A stretch of DNA of 63,163 bases, filler included, from Asterionella formosa (GCA_002256025.1; 20 parts of 20 records of this genome joined end to end with filler, not necessarily neighbours in it); one strand, 5' to 3'; positions 22,530 through 36,765 are shown, counted from the whole stretch's first letter. A program made the numbers and translations. Notes: a model not told the origin generated them from the sequence alone.

Positions 22530-24193
22530 GGTCCTCACAATATCTGAATATAGATCATACCCCTAAGTCGAGCAATGACTGTATCTAAGCATATACAAAG
22601 TGGTTTTATTGGTGAAAGCTAATTTTACCTTTAACTATTTCATTTAGTTGTACGTACTGTGTGGATTGAAGTACATCAAAAAATATTTTGGAGAAAAGCA
22701 GACCTCACGATTTATAACTGTGGGGCCGCAACCTTTATGTTACTCCTTTCTGATTTTGGCATAATCGGCCATTGTGATACCTTTCCAGCGCAACATAGCA
22801 CAAGAAAACCACTGGTACTGGTAGCAATGTTAGCTATATCAACCAGCTGGCTGATTGACAAAGGTGGTGCTGTGGCATTGGTGAACCAAAATACATCTAT
22901 AGCTAATGATAACAAACGATAGAAATTTATGATTGGATACTAATGTATCTTTTGGGGCACTTTTATGAATCTTATGGATCTGTAGGCCATTTGCTTGCTA
23001 GGCGATTTGCATGCTATGGCATTACTAAAAATTGTTCTATTGTTCTCCCAACAATCCTTCTGTGAATCGCAATTGCCACAACTCCATTACTATACCTGTC
23101 CATTGAACTACCTGTTTCTTGCTCCCCCTGTCCCTGCTGCTCAGTTGATTGTAATGTTGCTTGAAATCTTCGCCAATTCGTTCCTTATCTGATTGCTGAT
23201 GTCTGCCTTGAAGGATGTTTCTTGGACTTTCATTTTGCCAGTTTTCTTGCAAGTCAAGGACCGCCCATTCCTCGTATTATCATTATAGCTGCTTTCACAA
23301 GAAATGGTAAAAAATGGAAAACTGGATTGAGATAGTTCTGGTGGTCAATGATGTGCTTCAATATTCAGCAGTCTGCTGGTCATCACTTACTGGTAGCTTT
23401 CTCATGTGAGAAAGCTTAAGTCTGGAGTGCTGCCAAGATTTGCCAAGAGATGAAGAAGCTGAAATCAAAACGACAACAATCAACCCCTAATTTCACAGCT
23501 AATCAATCAACATCATGAAAGAATACAAATTTAGCTGAGAAAACACAAGACTGCCAGTTTTGATACCAACTGTCATTCTTTTCCCACATCCCAGAAAATT
23601 TACCGCAATTTCGGAATGACAAGAATGCTCTAATGGTACCTAGCAGTATTTTTATTACTCTTTTTAGTATGTATGAGATCCTTCCTACATGATTTATCAT
23701 TCATTGGCAGCAGCCAATCAAAATGAAATCAGCTGCAGGGCGGCAATACAAAAAAAGCATGCAATGAATCTTAGCTTCAGAGGCTGGGCGTTTGGTTTCT
23801 TACTGGCATAACACCCAAAAATTTTCTAGTCATCAACAAAGTACACATGGAGCAGTTATCATGTGCAGAAAAATTTAGGTAAGCATTTTCAGGGATGCAT
23901 CCTGTGGTTATAGGGAGGGAGCTCAAGAAATGCTTACCAGAAAATCTATACTTTTGATGAAGACACATAATCAAGTTACCTGAACAAGACTGACTGCCCA
24001 ATTTTTATACTCTCAAGATTGGGAGAGCATTTAGGGGGTTAGCATACAAATCTACCATCTAAAGGCCAAAACATTATGTAAGTGCTCTGGTATCTGAATC
24101 CAGGTTTTCAAAAATTCAGCCACACAGGATCCTGGTTGCCAAAATATCATCAAAATTATCAGTTTTGAAATGGAGTAAGGTATATCTTGCAAC

Positions 24194-25261
24194 TCAGATA
24201 CTCCTTCTAAGGTTCAATTCAATTGTCCTCCTCCTTCTATCATTCATTTCCATCAACCCCCAAAGCTCATCCATTGACGGGTCAAGAATGAACTCCTCCT
24301 CCACTTCTTCCTCAAAATCCTCCTCATCTTCTTCTTCCTCAAAAGTACCAAGAAGCATTGCTTCAATCCTTGTTGCATACATTTGTCGAAAGGTATCCTT
24401 CCCGGTACCACTACTAGTACCTTCCACAAAACGTTCCATGATGCGAATAGCATTTTCAGCCAAATGAGTCATGGCATCATCCTCCAATCCTTCCCCTTGT
24501 TCCCAAAAGCAACAAAGTGATTTGTTGTGAACAGTGTCTTTTGTGATTCCATATTGTGTCCTTGCAATTGAATGTGGTGTAAAGATCAATGGCGGTTCAT
24601 CCTCGAAGGAGCAACTACTGGCAGTTAGCATGCATTTATACAATTCTGGATATCCTTCACATTTTTCTCGTACACGATCCAAATAAGTTGCATCCAAATT
24701 GGTCAGTCCAAACATGGTTCCAAAGTATGGTGGAAGATATTCCAAGGCTGTATTGTCAGGCCGGACTAAGGAAAAGTAGGCAAGTTCATACTCATGATAC
24801 ATGGCATGAGTCGCATGCAGAGACCATGTTGGAGCAGTTATCCATATATTCAAATCTCCCCATGATGTTGCAACCTTTCCAACGTAGACAATGTAGTTGT
24901 TCGGTACCTGTACTTTGTCGTCGTTATCATGACAATGCTGATGATAATCATGCCCTTCAAAGTAATCTAAAATGGCACATTGTTCTGAATATAGTTGAAT
25001 GCTAGTTGTTGTTTCTTTCAATTTCTCTCGCATCCATCCTAGTACATGTAGTATTTCGTTGTCGTGGTCGTCTTGTGTTTGTATTCTCGTGATCCGTTTG
25101 GCCAATTGGTCGATCCGAGCCACCAATGCACCTTGAACAATACGGGTTACACAATGATCCTTATTGCATTGCGTCAACAAAAATGTCGAAATGGCTTTCC
25201 CATCACACCAATCACAAAATATAGATGTAAGGACATCGGATGGGAGGTCAAGTAAGGACAT
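24194..25261 (-). CDS. Hypothetical protein with N-terminal F-box-like motif (355 aa)
   Basis: Intact ORF. MSLLDLPSDVLTSIFCDW at ATG 25261 fits the F-box L..LP.D.L..IF pattern. Acidic C-terminal tract. The longer 25318 start is possible. Confidence 0.75.
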   Translation of the reverse strand: MSLLDLPSDVLTSIFCDWCDGKAISTFLLTQCNKDHCVTRIVQGALVARIDQLAKRITRIQTQDDHDNEILHVLGWMREKLKETTTSIQLYSEQCAILDYFEGHDYHQHCHDNDDKVQVPNNYIVYVGKVATSWGDLNIWITAPTWSLHATHAMYHEYELAYFSLVRPDNTALEYLPPYFGTMFGLTNLDATYLDRVREKCEGYPELYKCMLTASSCSFEDEPPLIFTPHSIARTQYGITKDTVHNKSLCCFWEQGEGLEDDAMTHLAENAIRIMERFVEGTSSGTGKDTFRQMYATRIEAMLLGTFEEEEDEEDFEEEVEEEFILDPSMDELWGLMEMNDRRRRTIELNLRRSI

Positions 25262-26140
25262 GTTTTGCAACAAGTATAATATGATGCTTCGTATAAAGGG
25301 TTGTACCGGTAATTGCATTGGAAGGAGGACGCATCTTAATCCTTACACATTATTCTGACGAGGATGATTCACGTACACCCATTGTATTTGTTGTTGTGGT
25401 GCTGTATTGAAACACTGGTGAGATATACATGTATATTCATAAGATTTATACCAGACTATTTTTATGTAGAGGTACAGATGTGTATATGATACTCCTGATC
25501 TGAATATTCATATATGAATATATATACACTACAGGTATGTATACAGTACCAGGTATTGTATGATGTCAACCATAGGTCTGTGATTTTATGCTGCAGTAAT
25601 ACTGCGGGATTTTTTAGAGAAAGGCAGCATACTGGTGTACCGTATTCACTTGTCGAACATTTAAGTATTTCAAGCATACTGATACTGCTTCCAAAGCAGT
25701 ATTCTTTTTTTGTGACTGCGCAAATTTTTTTTCGGCCAATACAAAGGATGCAGCAGGCAATAATGGCAGCTACTTCAGCGCTTTGGTTCTATCATGTTAA
25801 TCAACTTGATCATCATCCATCTCTAATGTGATACTAGTCCTGCCCATTACTTTACTGACTGCAACCTCATTCCAGTAATGTCTATTCATTTTTGGAAATA
25901 GGATTGCTTCAAACACAGCAGGTGATGTTGACTTCCTCACACAAGTAAGAATGTGCTTGGCAATGGAAAAGAGCCTTTCACAACTAACATAAGTACCAAG
26001 GAGGAGGTCAAGACAACTATAATTTCTATAGTACGCCGATTTTTTCTATTTTGGTCTTGCTTAATAGCCCAAGCATTGAACGGAATTTCACTCTCCAATG
26101 CTACAAGACATGCCAAATTTTCTTAAGATTCCTACATAGC

Positions 26141-26259
26141 AGTATACTGGCAAGCTAGACCAGTATACTGGAAATTTTTGGAACAGTATGGTATTTGGAA
26201 TATAGAATGACAGTATACTGGTATACTGATACTGCAGTATACTGCTTTGCAGTATTCTT
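26141..26259. repeat. CAGTATACTG palindrome array
   Basis: Four exact CAGTATACTG copies plus variants. Related degenerate copies at about 25590-25705. Confidence 0.85.
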
Positions 26260-27320
26260 TCACCATCCTCTGATGTCAACCCTTAAATTAGCGAGGAGCA
26301 CATTTGCATCAAGAATTTGCAGCATGCATACATTCATATGCGTCCGTTACACTACCGGGTACCAGGTACCCCGAGAAATCCTTGAATTGCCTGACCAATT
26401 TGCGTTAGATGAGCAATTTAGATTTGTATTCCTGATTGTCATACAAGTACCATATTGATGGCTTCATTACCTTAAACATACTCCATCCTTCGAAGGCGCA
26501 ATGTGTCGAAGCCACAATGTTTTTCGTTGTTGTGTAAACTTTCCTTGTCATAGCTATGCTTTACTGCGATATTTCTTTTCATGAAGCAGGCATTGTTTGT
26601 TAACATGACAGAATAATTTCAAATATATTTGCCATGCATATAGTTGTAAAATTTGTAAATATATAAATATATCGAGTGTCGTACATTTACAAGATTCAAA
26701 TGCACTCTCAATATGGCACGTCTGGTAGCTAGTATTTTTGAGATGATCATATTTGCATCTAGATAATTCGAAAATATTCAATGCACCATGTGTCCATTGT
26801 CTTCCATGACTTCGTGTGCCGGCACTGTTTCTGAAATTTGTTTGCATCAATATTTTCTACTTCCGTTAGAACAAATTATCTAGACCATTCAAATGGTGTA
26901 AGTCACAACCCATTTGTATCATTATTTTTAAGCAAGGATTTTGGTAGCAAATTATTTAAGCCCCTTTTTTGGGCGGTCGTTCTTCATGTTTACATCATAT
27001 GATCATAACATTTTATCATATAAATACAGAGTACCAGTAGCAGGTAGGAAATGATATACTGGGGGTAGTCGGAGTAGTAAGACAGTAAAGCATCAAAGTT
27101 TCAGGATCATATGATTGTAAAATTGAAAACAAAATATGCTATTACTCAATCTTGGTTCTGATTGTATATGATAATGTAAATTGCACTGTCAGTCTTACGG
27201 TATCATATCTAGACAGCGTAAAACATTTTATATAGTGGCGAATTATTCATTTCATTTTAGCAACACCTGATTTTAAGATCATCGAACTTTTGAAAACAAC
27301 CACAGTTACCTGGTTGTAAA

Positions 27321-28308
27321 ATGTCTTCAAAAAACCATAAAGAGGTTCATGGAAACAAGCGACATGTGGCAAATACTACCGGTATGGAACAAAAAAGAAA
27401 GTACCAAAATGAGTTCGCAAAGAAAAAGCGAATCGGAGATTATTCAGAGGAACCCAATCGGCGAAAAGGAGTTAGTGGGATACTACCCCATCATCCATCA
27501 GCCACAAAGGCTCCTGTAATTGATACTGAAAGCGATGATGACATTTCTTTTTCAGTTGTTGATACAAGAAATATGGCTCCTGTCGATGATACCATTAATT
27601 TCTCCCGGATGGAGATGGACAACATGGTTCCATACCATAAATTTTCTAATCATACGGACAAACAAGTACATGAAAGGCTAAAAGGGAAAATCATTTTGCA
27701 CTTGCCAAAGGATATTTTCAGTTGGTCAATGAACTCAATGACTACAAAGGTCGTAATTCGGCTCAAAACTTTTCCATACGATGCTAGTATCAAGCCTTGT
27801 TATCAGAATGTCATTCCCGCTTAGCTAAAATTGAACCATCAATTGTCACAAAGCTTGTGAGTTTTTTTTTCTTTCAAGACCAAGAAGTTTCGCAGTGAAC
27901 AATATCAATCAAATGCGCTTTTTCCTGTTCCCAAAAGAGAATCAAAGCAACATTCCGCCCTATCTGGTCCAAGTAGTATGAAAGACATTTTCAATCACAA
28001 ACAGGATTGGTTCGCCCAATGTTGCCTAACTTGGCTAAACACAGTATAACCTGAGTTAGTAGGCAAAGAAGTGGAGAGTGACCCAGAGCTTGCCGATTTC
28101 ATATGGAATGGTTCTGATGCACTACTTCTGATGAATCAGACCATTGAATGTACCAACAAGGCACATTTGGATCTACATCAAATCAACATTTGGTGGCATG
28201 TGCATTTAAAAGTTGAGAGAATGTCAGAATGTATTGAATAATCAATTTAAAGGAATCTTAGGTAAGTTCTTGCAGGGGGGGGGAGATGCTCCGNNNNNNN
28301 NNNCCCCC

Positions 28309-28376
<68 letters not shown>

Positions 28377-29243
28377 ATGCTCCGAAAGGATGATGTTTTG
28401 AGTCAGTGATTATATTCTTATCAAATATGTTTCAATTCAAAAATACTAACATAATTCATGACACACCAGCTGCTGGTCTAACAGGATATAGCTAACTTCC
28501 AGACTATGGATATTGATGACTTTATTAGGTGGGCGTTCATGCTTTATCATTTTGCGCAGTCAGAGGACATTGACAGGGGAATCCATTGTCTGGCGTGATG
28601 TTCTTGCTCCAGTGTATTTTATAGGCAGGACAAGCCATGGAGAACCATTTTTAACAGGAGACAAATCTGGTGTGACCAAGCCAAATTTCAACTAAGTCTT
28701 CGTGCACAGTGTGAATTGCAATCACGTTTTGTTGGTTTGCTGATCAATGCCAGTACAGAAGCATTTTGCTTCTTGGTGCTGAAAGGAAAATTCCGATTGC
28801 AACAAAAATATTTGGGTTTCAATCCAGATACCACGCAGGAAATTTCAGAGAAGCAACGATATTCGTCATTCTACTGATTTTGTCGACATTGTTGGAAAAC
28901 CACTTATCAAAAAAGTGTGAGGGAATAAAGTTAAGTTTCAAATGGTCTCACTGATCAATGGACTGATGATTTACTTCTTGGTTATTATAAGGAAATCTAC
29001 ACTGGACTTTCACAAAGGAATCGATCTGAATATGGAAGGAATCCTAGTGGAATTGCTACTTGTTCCACAACAAATATTATCTACCCACACTCATACTTCT
29101 CATTTCCCAACGTAAGTGAAGACGATATGCATCAAAATGTTGAACCACTCTAACCAAATGTTCCTGAAAAGAATATTGCTGATTACAGTGACCGCATTAA
29201 TCAATGGGACATTGATGACGATGTTGATTTTGAATGGATCTAA
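27321..29243 (+). pseudogene. Decayed intron-containing gene X (putative CACTA/Plavaka accessory protein)
   Basis: Segments LAKIEPSIVTK..FKTKKFRSEQ, GKEVESDPELADFIWNGSDA, STFGGMCI, FIRWAFMLYHFAQ and STEAFCFLVL. Intron 28262-28469 (GTAAG...TACTAAC...CAG). Homologous to 33960-34720 on the minus strand. Confidence 0.7.
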
Positions 29244-29329
29244 TAGAATCCAATGCCTACTTAGTAGTTACATAATAAATATAGTTAGTGTGAGACTTCC
29301 ACAATTCAAAACATATCATAAATGTTAAG

Positions 29330-31700
29330 AAAACATTGACGCTGCTCTATACTATATATCAATCATTTTTATAGCGCTGTTATCCTAGCCTATTTCTAGA
29401 TTTGGCGTTATTGCGCTCCATGGCCCATTGTGAGGTGGGGCGGTGTGAGATGTGTTGGTGGTCACTCCCTCGAGTAGAAGTGTTGGTTAAAAAAATTCGG
29501 TAGCTGCGATCTTTGGTCCTTACCATGTAGCTGAGTGGTGCATGTCAGCTTGGGAATTGGATTCGTAGTGTGGATTGTTTGTAGTGGGTTCTTTTGGGCC
29601 ACACACGAGAGTTTCGACGGATTGCTGGTGTCGGAGTTCTTTTTGTCTCCTGTGCTTTATTGCTTGAGAAAAACGTGTATATAGACTCCCTGTCCCTTTT
29701 GTGACTGCTGTTTGGATGCGTGAAATATGTATTTTGCTCGTTCCAGAAACCTAATTTTTCGGTTCAGTTGGGAGTCAAGCAGATTATGTAGTGCGATTGA
29801 GAAGAGATGGGAATCCCGTCTGCATATTTCTTCTTTATGCTGGTAGTTTTTTGTAATTTGCTGATCGAGATCAGATTGTGCTATGTTGAGGTTGACGTTG
29901 CGATGGAGAATTTCATTTCTGTCTGTCCATGATCTATGGACAACAACCATCCATAGATTTGTAATAGCTGAAGGTACCCACAATTGATGTAATTTTCCTG
30001 GTGCCATGTTGTCGTCGATGTCGGAACTCTTTGCTGCCTTGTTCCAGCGCTTTGCCAAATACCCCCGAAGAGTGAGTCACTTGCCCAATGCGCCCTAATG
30101 TTTGAGCGATTGATAGATGATCTGTTTTGTTTTTTCCGAAGTAAGAGGTACAAAGTGGGGTGTGAAAGGCTTTTCATTCTGTGTCATCAAATGTCTGATA
30201 TAATCTAGTAACCATACTGGTGTCACTTTTGTGCCTGTTCTTGTTTTCTGGATGGCATTTGCCATTGCTGACAGCCTGATTCCCATATTATACCGTGCTT
30301 TGGGACTTCTGCATGTGATGATGTGTTCATTGGTTTCCTGGCACCCGCATTGTGGGCAAGAGTCCTCCCCATTGTGAATTTTTGGGGCCCCACATTGGCA
30401 GTGGATAAGTTAAATCTTGGAGCTCCCAATACCGGTTCATTTTCATATACTGTCCATACTTTTGCGTCTATCTCCTGATGTTTCCATGATCTTTTTGTAA
30501 TTTGATCATAATAATATTGCCAGTGGCTAGTAGGAGTGCCTGTCCACCTCCCTAATTGTTGACGGAGCCTTAGGTGCTTTTTGGATCCTTGAGTGATTAG
30601 ATGTTTAGTAATTGCTTCTTTCCAGTTGTCTTGTTGTTGGAGCGTTGGTTTTGGTTGTTGTGGCCAGGTCCACTGTGAGCTTCGTTGTGCAATTCGATTG
30701 CACTCCACTATTTCTGGTCGAATGCATCTGCCATCCGCTGTTACTATATCTGCTAGTGAGGTGACTTGGAGATACATCCTGCACGCGGCCGTTAAGGTGA
30801 AAAAGAAGATAATCTGATATGCCTTTGTTAATGAGGAAGAGAGACATGATCATCTGATCATGTGCACATTGTGTCCTGGGTTGCCAGCATCCTCTTGTAC
30901 GTTCGATACGGAGATTGTGCATTTCCATGAAGTTCCTGAGTTGAGTTGTCCATGTTGATGTAGTATAGCCAATGGGAATCTTTGGGTGGAGGAGTAATTC
31001 CTCCTCCCTGTCAGACTCAAGCTGGGTGATTCCGTAGTGAGATATCCATCAACTTCGATATTTGGTCTTGTGCATATTGGTGAAAAAGGTAACTGTCCAT
31101 GGCTCTGATTCCTTGTTCGATTGTAAGGTCAACTAGATTCAGTGCCCCCAGCCACTGTTGAGGGACCATAAACACTGCCCGCAGGAAATTTTGATTAAAA
31201 CCCATCTTTCCCAGGCTGGCCCTACGCGCCTTCCTCTGAATTGTCTCCAATTTTTTGGCATTCATTCCCGTGATTGGGAGGGTGTAGGACATTTAGCTAG
31301 CCCAAATGGTTCGATGAGCCTGATGTGCATCCATACTGCGCACATGATTTGACATGGTTGTGGTAGCATGAATATTGCTTTTTGTGGCCAGTCTTCTGAA
31401 TTCGTCATCCCAGTTCCCAAGAGGTCATGACACAACCCCAAGTGATTTTGAGCGTATTTGGGGTGCTTTGTGATGGATCTTAGTGTAGTGTGTCTTCCTC
31501 CCTGAGATCAGTTTGAGGCTGTTGAATGTGTCTGTTGATGAGCTACACTCTCCTGGATCAGTCAGATGTGGATTCAGTGTGGATATCTTGGGGTAACCTA
31601 GGACATCCCAGTGCCAGTGAAGGATATGATAGTAGCATTTGGAGAGCTCGATGGCGCCACCTGTAGAGAATAATAAGCTTTCCCATAGTTGGGCGCATGC
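29330..31700 (-). mobile_element. Degenerate, 5'-truncated LINE (Ambal-like): end of RT and C-terminal region
   Basis: WESLLFSTGGAIELSKCYY, SYTLP...IQRKA..ASLGKMGFNQN and MYLQVTSLADIVTADG...WPQQPKP. Multiple frameshifts. Boundaries approximate. Confidence 0.85.
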
Positions 31701-32379
31701 TGCTCTATCCTACTAGTAGTGCCGGCTATACTATATGTAGCAATATTCCTCCTTTTTTACTACTATGGTGGAGTGATAATTTCACGACTCTGTATTGTCC
31801 AGCACAGCATGTTGGGAGTGATGCCAAATTAATTATTATTATTTCATTTTTATTCTATCCTGATCATATCCTGACTTGGTCATCATTTGAAATTTGCAAT
31901 GTCTTTGCGGACATAGCAATGGTGTTATATGTGTAACTGCAAATTTCGGAAGAGCAAGACCCAATCTGAGTCTCACAATCGAAATTGTAGCAACCGTGGC
32001 TGGTTTTTGTGAATATGGTCACTAGTGACATTGCATGCAAGAACATCGGGTTCCTGGAATACAAAATGAAACTATGTATTGCGGTAGTGCATCGAATCAT
32101 TCAAGGAAAGAAGTTAATGGCAGTGTGGTAACTGCTGCAGCATTTAGGGAGACTAGACAAGAAGAGGAGATTATGTGTCCTATCCTTGAATCAAGTTGCC
32201 AGCGACAATTCAGCTTATAACAACAACATTCAGTCACAACAAGACGAACAATTGAGATTAAAACTTTCCAAGGATAGAATTCAGAAACCATGCAATATTC
32301 AGATTTTCAAGATCACACCGGCTTTCTCCCTGAAAATGCAATGGAAATGCCCCTTCCTCCTCAATTTCAATTTCCAAGT

Positions 32380-33800
32380 AAACATTCTCTGAACATGCAT
32401 CCAATTGAAATAGAACTCATGTTATTCCTCAACGAGAATTACCTTGCTTCCACCAGTTTACTTTGATCATCTAATGAAATGGCTGTTCAAGGCAAAAGCA
32501 ATGAAATATTTTGATGGAAGGTATCAAGCTCCATCCTACAAGAATTTGAAAAAACGCAAGGATATTTCATTTCCACCAACATTAGCTGGTGGTCAACTGT
32601 TGACAAAAAAAATACAGATTGATAACAATTCAAATATGATCATCCCACGCACACTCCATTTTTTCGAACCACTACAGCTGATGGCAGGATCGCTACGTGA
32701 TTCCGATATCATGCAACAATTTGTATGTTACCCACAAGTGAAACTTAAAACTTGTGGAGAATGCATATATGACGAACTAACTTCCGCGACTTGGTTTGAA
32801 AATGCATTCAACAATTCTCCTGCATCAGAAAATGGAGTGTTGAAGTCAAGACAGGGTGTTTCTTTGTTGCCCTAGCAGTTTTCAGTGATGGTTCACCTAT
32901 TGATAAACAAATGAAACATTCCGAGCATCCGTTTTTGTTGAACTAGCAGTTTTCAGTGATGGTTCACCTATTGATAAACAAATGAAACATTCCAAGCATC
33001 TGTGTTTGTTGACAATGTTAAACTTAACGTTAGAATGAAGGAAGAAAGTTGATGGATGGAAATTGGTATGCATCTCTTTTGCCAGACATTGAAGTCAGTG
33101 ATCTGGAGAAACAAATGAAAAATAAGTAATCTGGTGACGACTTGTCCTTATGAAGACTCAAGTTATACCATTTTGTTACAGGATTTCTATGGTCGCCTTT
33201 CGAAGATTCAAACAAGTCATATGATATTTGGGTTCATGGTCTTGGTATGACAAAAGTTTATTTCCAGATTGGAATGATCATTGGTGATACAGAAGAGCAT
33301 AACAAAATTTGTGGTTTCAGGGGTGGTAATGGATTGTATCAACGATATGTTTGTCGTGATTGCTTGGTTTCAACTGAAGATGCTGAAAATCCTGATATTG
33401 GATGTGAACGTCATAAAGTGTCAGATGTTAAAAAGGTTTTAAACAAATTTCTTGACAAAAATGCATATCCTGATGGAAAATTACCATGTATCCCACCTGA
33501 GTATTGTGTCTCCCAATCTGATGGCAAATATGCAACAGCAAACGAGTGGTGCTGTGTTATATCGCATAATCCTATCATGCCTGCACTAATAAATCATTTT
33601 TTTTGGTGGTGACTTAGAAGGATTATTTGGTGCAACTCTATTTGAGGTTCTTAATCAATTACTACTTGTAATATTTAAGTACATTATGGAATCATTGTAC
33701 ATTTATCGGACTTTCCCTGAAGAATGGACATGTTTTTAAACAAAGAAAATCACCAGATAGTCCAGAGAACATCTCTGATCAGAATCGTAGAACTATAAAT
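32380..33800 (+). mobile_element. Plavaka/CACTA-like transposase pseudogene
   Basis: YDELTSATWF, LAVFSDGSPID...HP..LTMLNL, IIGDTEEHNKICG...CRDC and GLFGATLFEVLNQ occur in the order expected for Plavaka-type transposases. Many stops and frameshifts. Confidence 0.75.
32872..33013 (+). repeat. 71-bp tandem duplication inside the transposase
   Basis: CTAGCAGTTTTCAGTGATGGTTCACCTATTGATAAACAAATGAAACATTCC... starts at 32872 and again at 32943. Confidence 0.95.
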
Positions 33801-33959
33801 TTTGTAATCATTGGCAATCTTCTGTAATCTCGGGCTGAAACACAACTTACTCACCTGGTGCCATTGACTTGCCAGTGTATTGGAATCGCGAGGCTGTTGT
33901 AATTGTCGCTTGTGCCATTGACTCGCCAATTTATTGGACGAATCACGGGGCTGCTGTAA

Positions 33960-34720
33960 TTGTTGAACGAGAGAATGAGTTAGAACGGTGCAATACGGGT
34001 GAAAAGTAAATTGCTCACATGAATCCATAGGTGATAGGAATTGCTTGCTCTATCCATGAAACTTACTTGAGCAAATGCACACAACTTGCATGCCCAACCC
34101 ATAAACTTCGACGGACCAAGCTTGTTAAAGTTATCTTCTGTAACACCAACTAAAACAAGAAAATGTTGCTTTAGAACATCAAAGTAGAAGAATTAAATGT
34201 TTTAACTGTAGAAAAAAACATCACAATTGACTTGCTTCAAATCGATTTTAAAGGATCGTTGAATTTATTTTGTTGTTCTCGCATTTTATGAATGCACATA
34301 CCTCCAAATGTAGAGCTGATATATTCTAAACGTGCTTTGTTTGTAAGTTCCATTCTATAATTATCCAGAACTTTTGCATCACATCCATTCCATATGTAAT
34401 TTGAAAGTTCAGGATCACTCTCTGCTTCTTTGCCTAACTGCGGGTTTATTTGAAATAACCGGGAGATACATCGGTTAGCAAACCACCAATCAGCATTCAC
34501 ATCCGATATGCCTTGGTAGTTGCAACTCGCAGATATGGCTGGGTGTTTTATAGCAAATGAAAAATTACGTTTAAGTGTCATCCTTTTAGTAACAAAACAT
34601 CCATAGCAAGTCTGATGTATAGCAATACATCACTTACCTGTTCACAGCGAAATTTCTTGGTTTTGAAAATATATCTAACAACTTTTTCGACAACAGAGGG
34701 ATCCATTTTAGCTAAAAACA
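33960..34720 (-). pseudogene. Decayed gene X', paralog of gene X, convergent with the transposase
   Basis: LAKMDPSVVEKVVRYIFKTKKFRCEQ, GKEAESDPELSNYIWNGCDA, STFGGMCIHKMREQQN and GVTEDNFNKLGPSKFMGWACKLCAFAQ. Confidence 0.72.
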
Positions 34721-36321
34721 AACGTCATGCTGAAATTGCTGCTTAAGAGGATGAATCTTCAAAACCACGTGAGGATGAAACTTGAACTGAATGTTGCCCT
34801 TTGTAGTGATTCAGGTCAGATGAGATTTTATAGTAAGAAAAAACAAGGTCATTGTGGATTTCTTGAAGACTGGTGTGCTCATCTTTGAGTTTGTCATACT
34901 TCACCACTCAAGTGTTGCTAAAAATTAAGGGAAATGGGAGATCGTACATGCTCTTACAAGTACCGTTGCGATGGACAAATAACAAACCGATAGCGACTTA
35001 CACACTTATGGATATAAAGATGTATGCTGCACACAAGCGGAAAAAGATTGTACTACCAGGTACGTACATCATTATATCGCGTCCTTCAACAAGATGGACG
35101 CAGTTGTTCATAACTACCAGTACCTTGTTACTAAGTACTCCTAGTAGTCCTTACTTGTGAACATGGTAGATGTAGATGAAATAGGGCTCTACTTACAACA
35201 TTGCATGTTGTAAAATGCATTACTGTACACCACGATAATACAAACACTAGAGTTGAGATCATAAAACAACTAATCGTAAGATCATTTTACGTCAAATTTT
35301 GTACAATCGCAGTACTCATACTTCGCATTCTAACCCTAACCCTTTTTCACGTTTATGTCACGTCCATGATGGGGCTTAATTAATTATATCATTAACTATT
35401 ACTCTGTACCGAATTGTTGTACAACCTATATTTATACTCTATATTAGGTCGTGGTAAATAATGAGCTCATACAGCATTGTATATATTCCAATATCACGTA
35501 CTGAAATTTTTACAGCTTAAATCCAAAACAAATGAAATCAGTCATAAAATATTGAATAAAATCAAATTAAGTAACGGTAATATTGATGATATTCAGATCT
35601 TTGTGTACGATAGTACCGGTACCCTGGTACCTTGTACTATTTGATCGAGTCGGGAATTGAAAACGGCCGCTGGCTGGTGGTCTAGAATATCAATTACCTC
35701 CTACCTGGTACTGCGCTACTGACATTGTACGTCCACAAAGCACACCCAGATAGTTGAAGTAGAAAGTATACACTTGAGTGTATACTTTTGTACGGCTACC
35801 TGAGGAGCATCGTGGAACCTGGTACGTGAGAGGAATTGAGTAGAGTCTAAAAGTATACAAAAATTGTAGACTAACCACCAGATAACTGCCGTTTAGTGTA
35901 TACCATTTGCGGGTATGTACCGGTAGTTAGGACTCGAAGTCAAACGAGTCAAACGATTCGAATGAGTCAACTTTGATGTACCAAGCTCTCATCAACCACA
36001 CATTATACCTTGTTACTCCGACTATAATGAGCCAGACAATATAAGCTATTTCGGAAGACCGATAGTTTGAAAATGAATGATCATGGTTAAAAACTCATGA
36101 TCAGTAAGTGTGAGATAGACATGGGTCTATCTAAGATTGTATGTTTCTAGAAATGCAAACAGCATTTGGAGAATAGTTAGTTAGTTTGTTCAAACAGAAC
36201 AACCTAAACTAGATTAGTAAACTCACAATAAGAATATTGAAACGGAAAGAGAAACGAATGTCTCCATCTATAGTCTTCTTTGTCTAAAGATATAGATCTA
36301 TCAAAAAGGTAATACTTTAAC

Positions 36322-36765
36322 AGATATGTACAATCGAAACAAAACAACAGTGCATAACGGCAAACAACGATGGAAGCAATCAAAAGAAGCCACGGAAGCA
36401 ATCAAATCGGAAAGTCAATAAATACAATCTACAATCCACATTCAGTGCTTCTCTGTGGTACTCACCGATCCGCTTCAACTAGCATAACAACCAGCAGACA
36501 ATGGGATCAAAGAAAGACGAAAGTTGCCTAGTATTGCAATCCCGAATAGAGCAAAGGCAGGCAAGATAGAGTGAGAACTATAATTGTGAGGACGAAATTG
36601 GGCATAACAGTACGAAAAATCAATGAATATGTGAACAATATAAGCTAACATTCTGATTTCATAAAGATATTACTGAGTCTACAGAGATAATATTATAACG
36701 TGTTCAAAGTAAGCATTAAAGTAGAGCTAGCTTAAACCATGCATGATTTTTCAGTACCACATACG
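36322..36765 (+). repeat. Dispersed repeat family A, copy 2
   Basis: Reverse-complement homolog of 1324-1766. Confidence 0.92.

Noticed and set aside
22560..24160. Scattered short ORFs with weak zinc-knuckle-like or protease-like words
   Set aside because: No coherent motif series; probably old TE debris that cannot be assigned.
28213..28401. Poly-proline ORF / long C run
   Set aside because: A homopolymer next to a 10-N scaffold gap, inside an intron; length unreliable and possibly a sequencing artefact.
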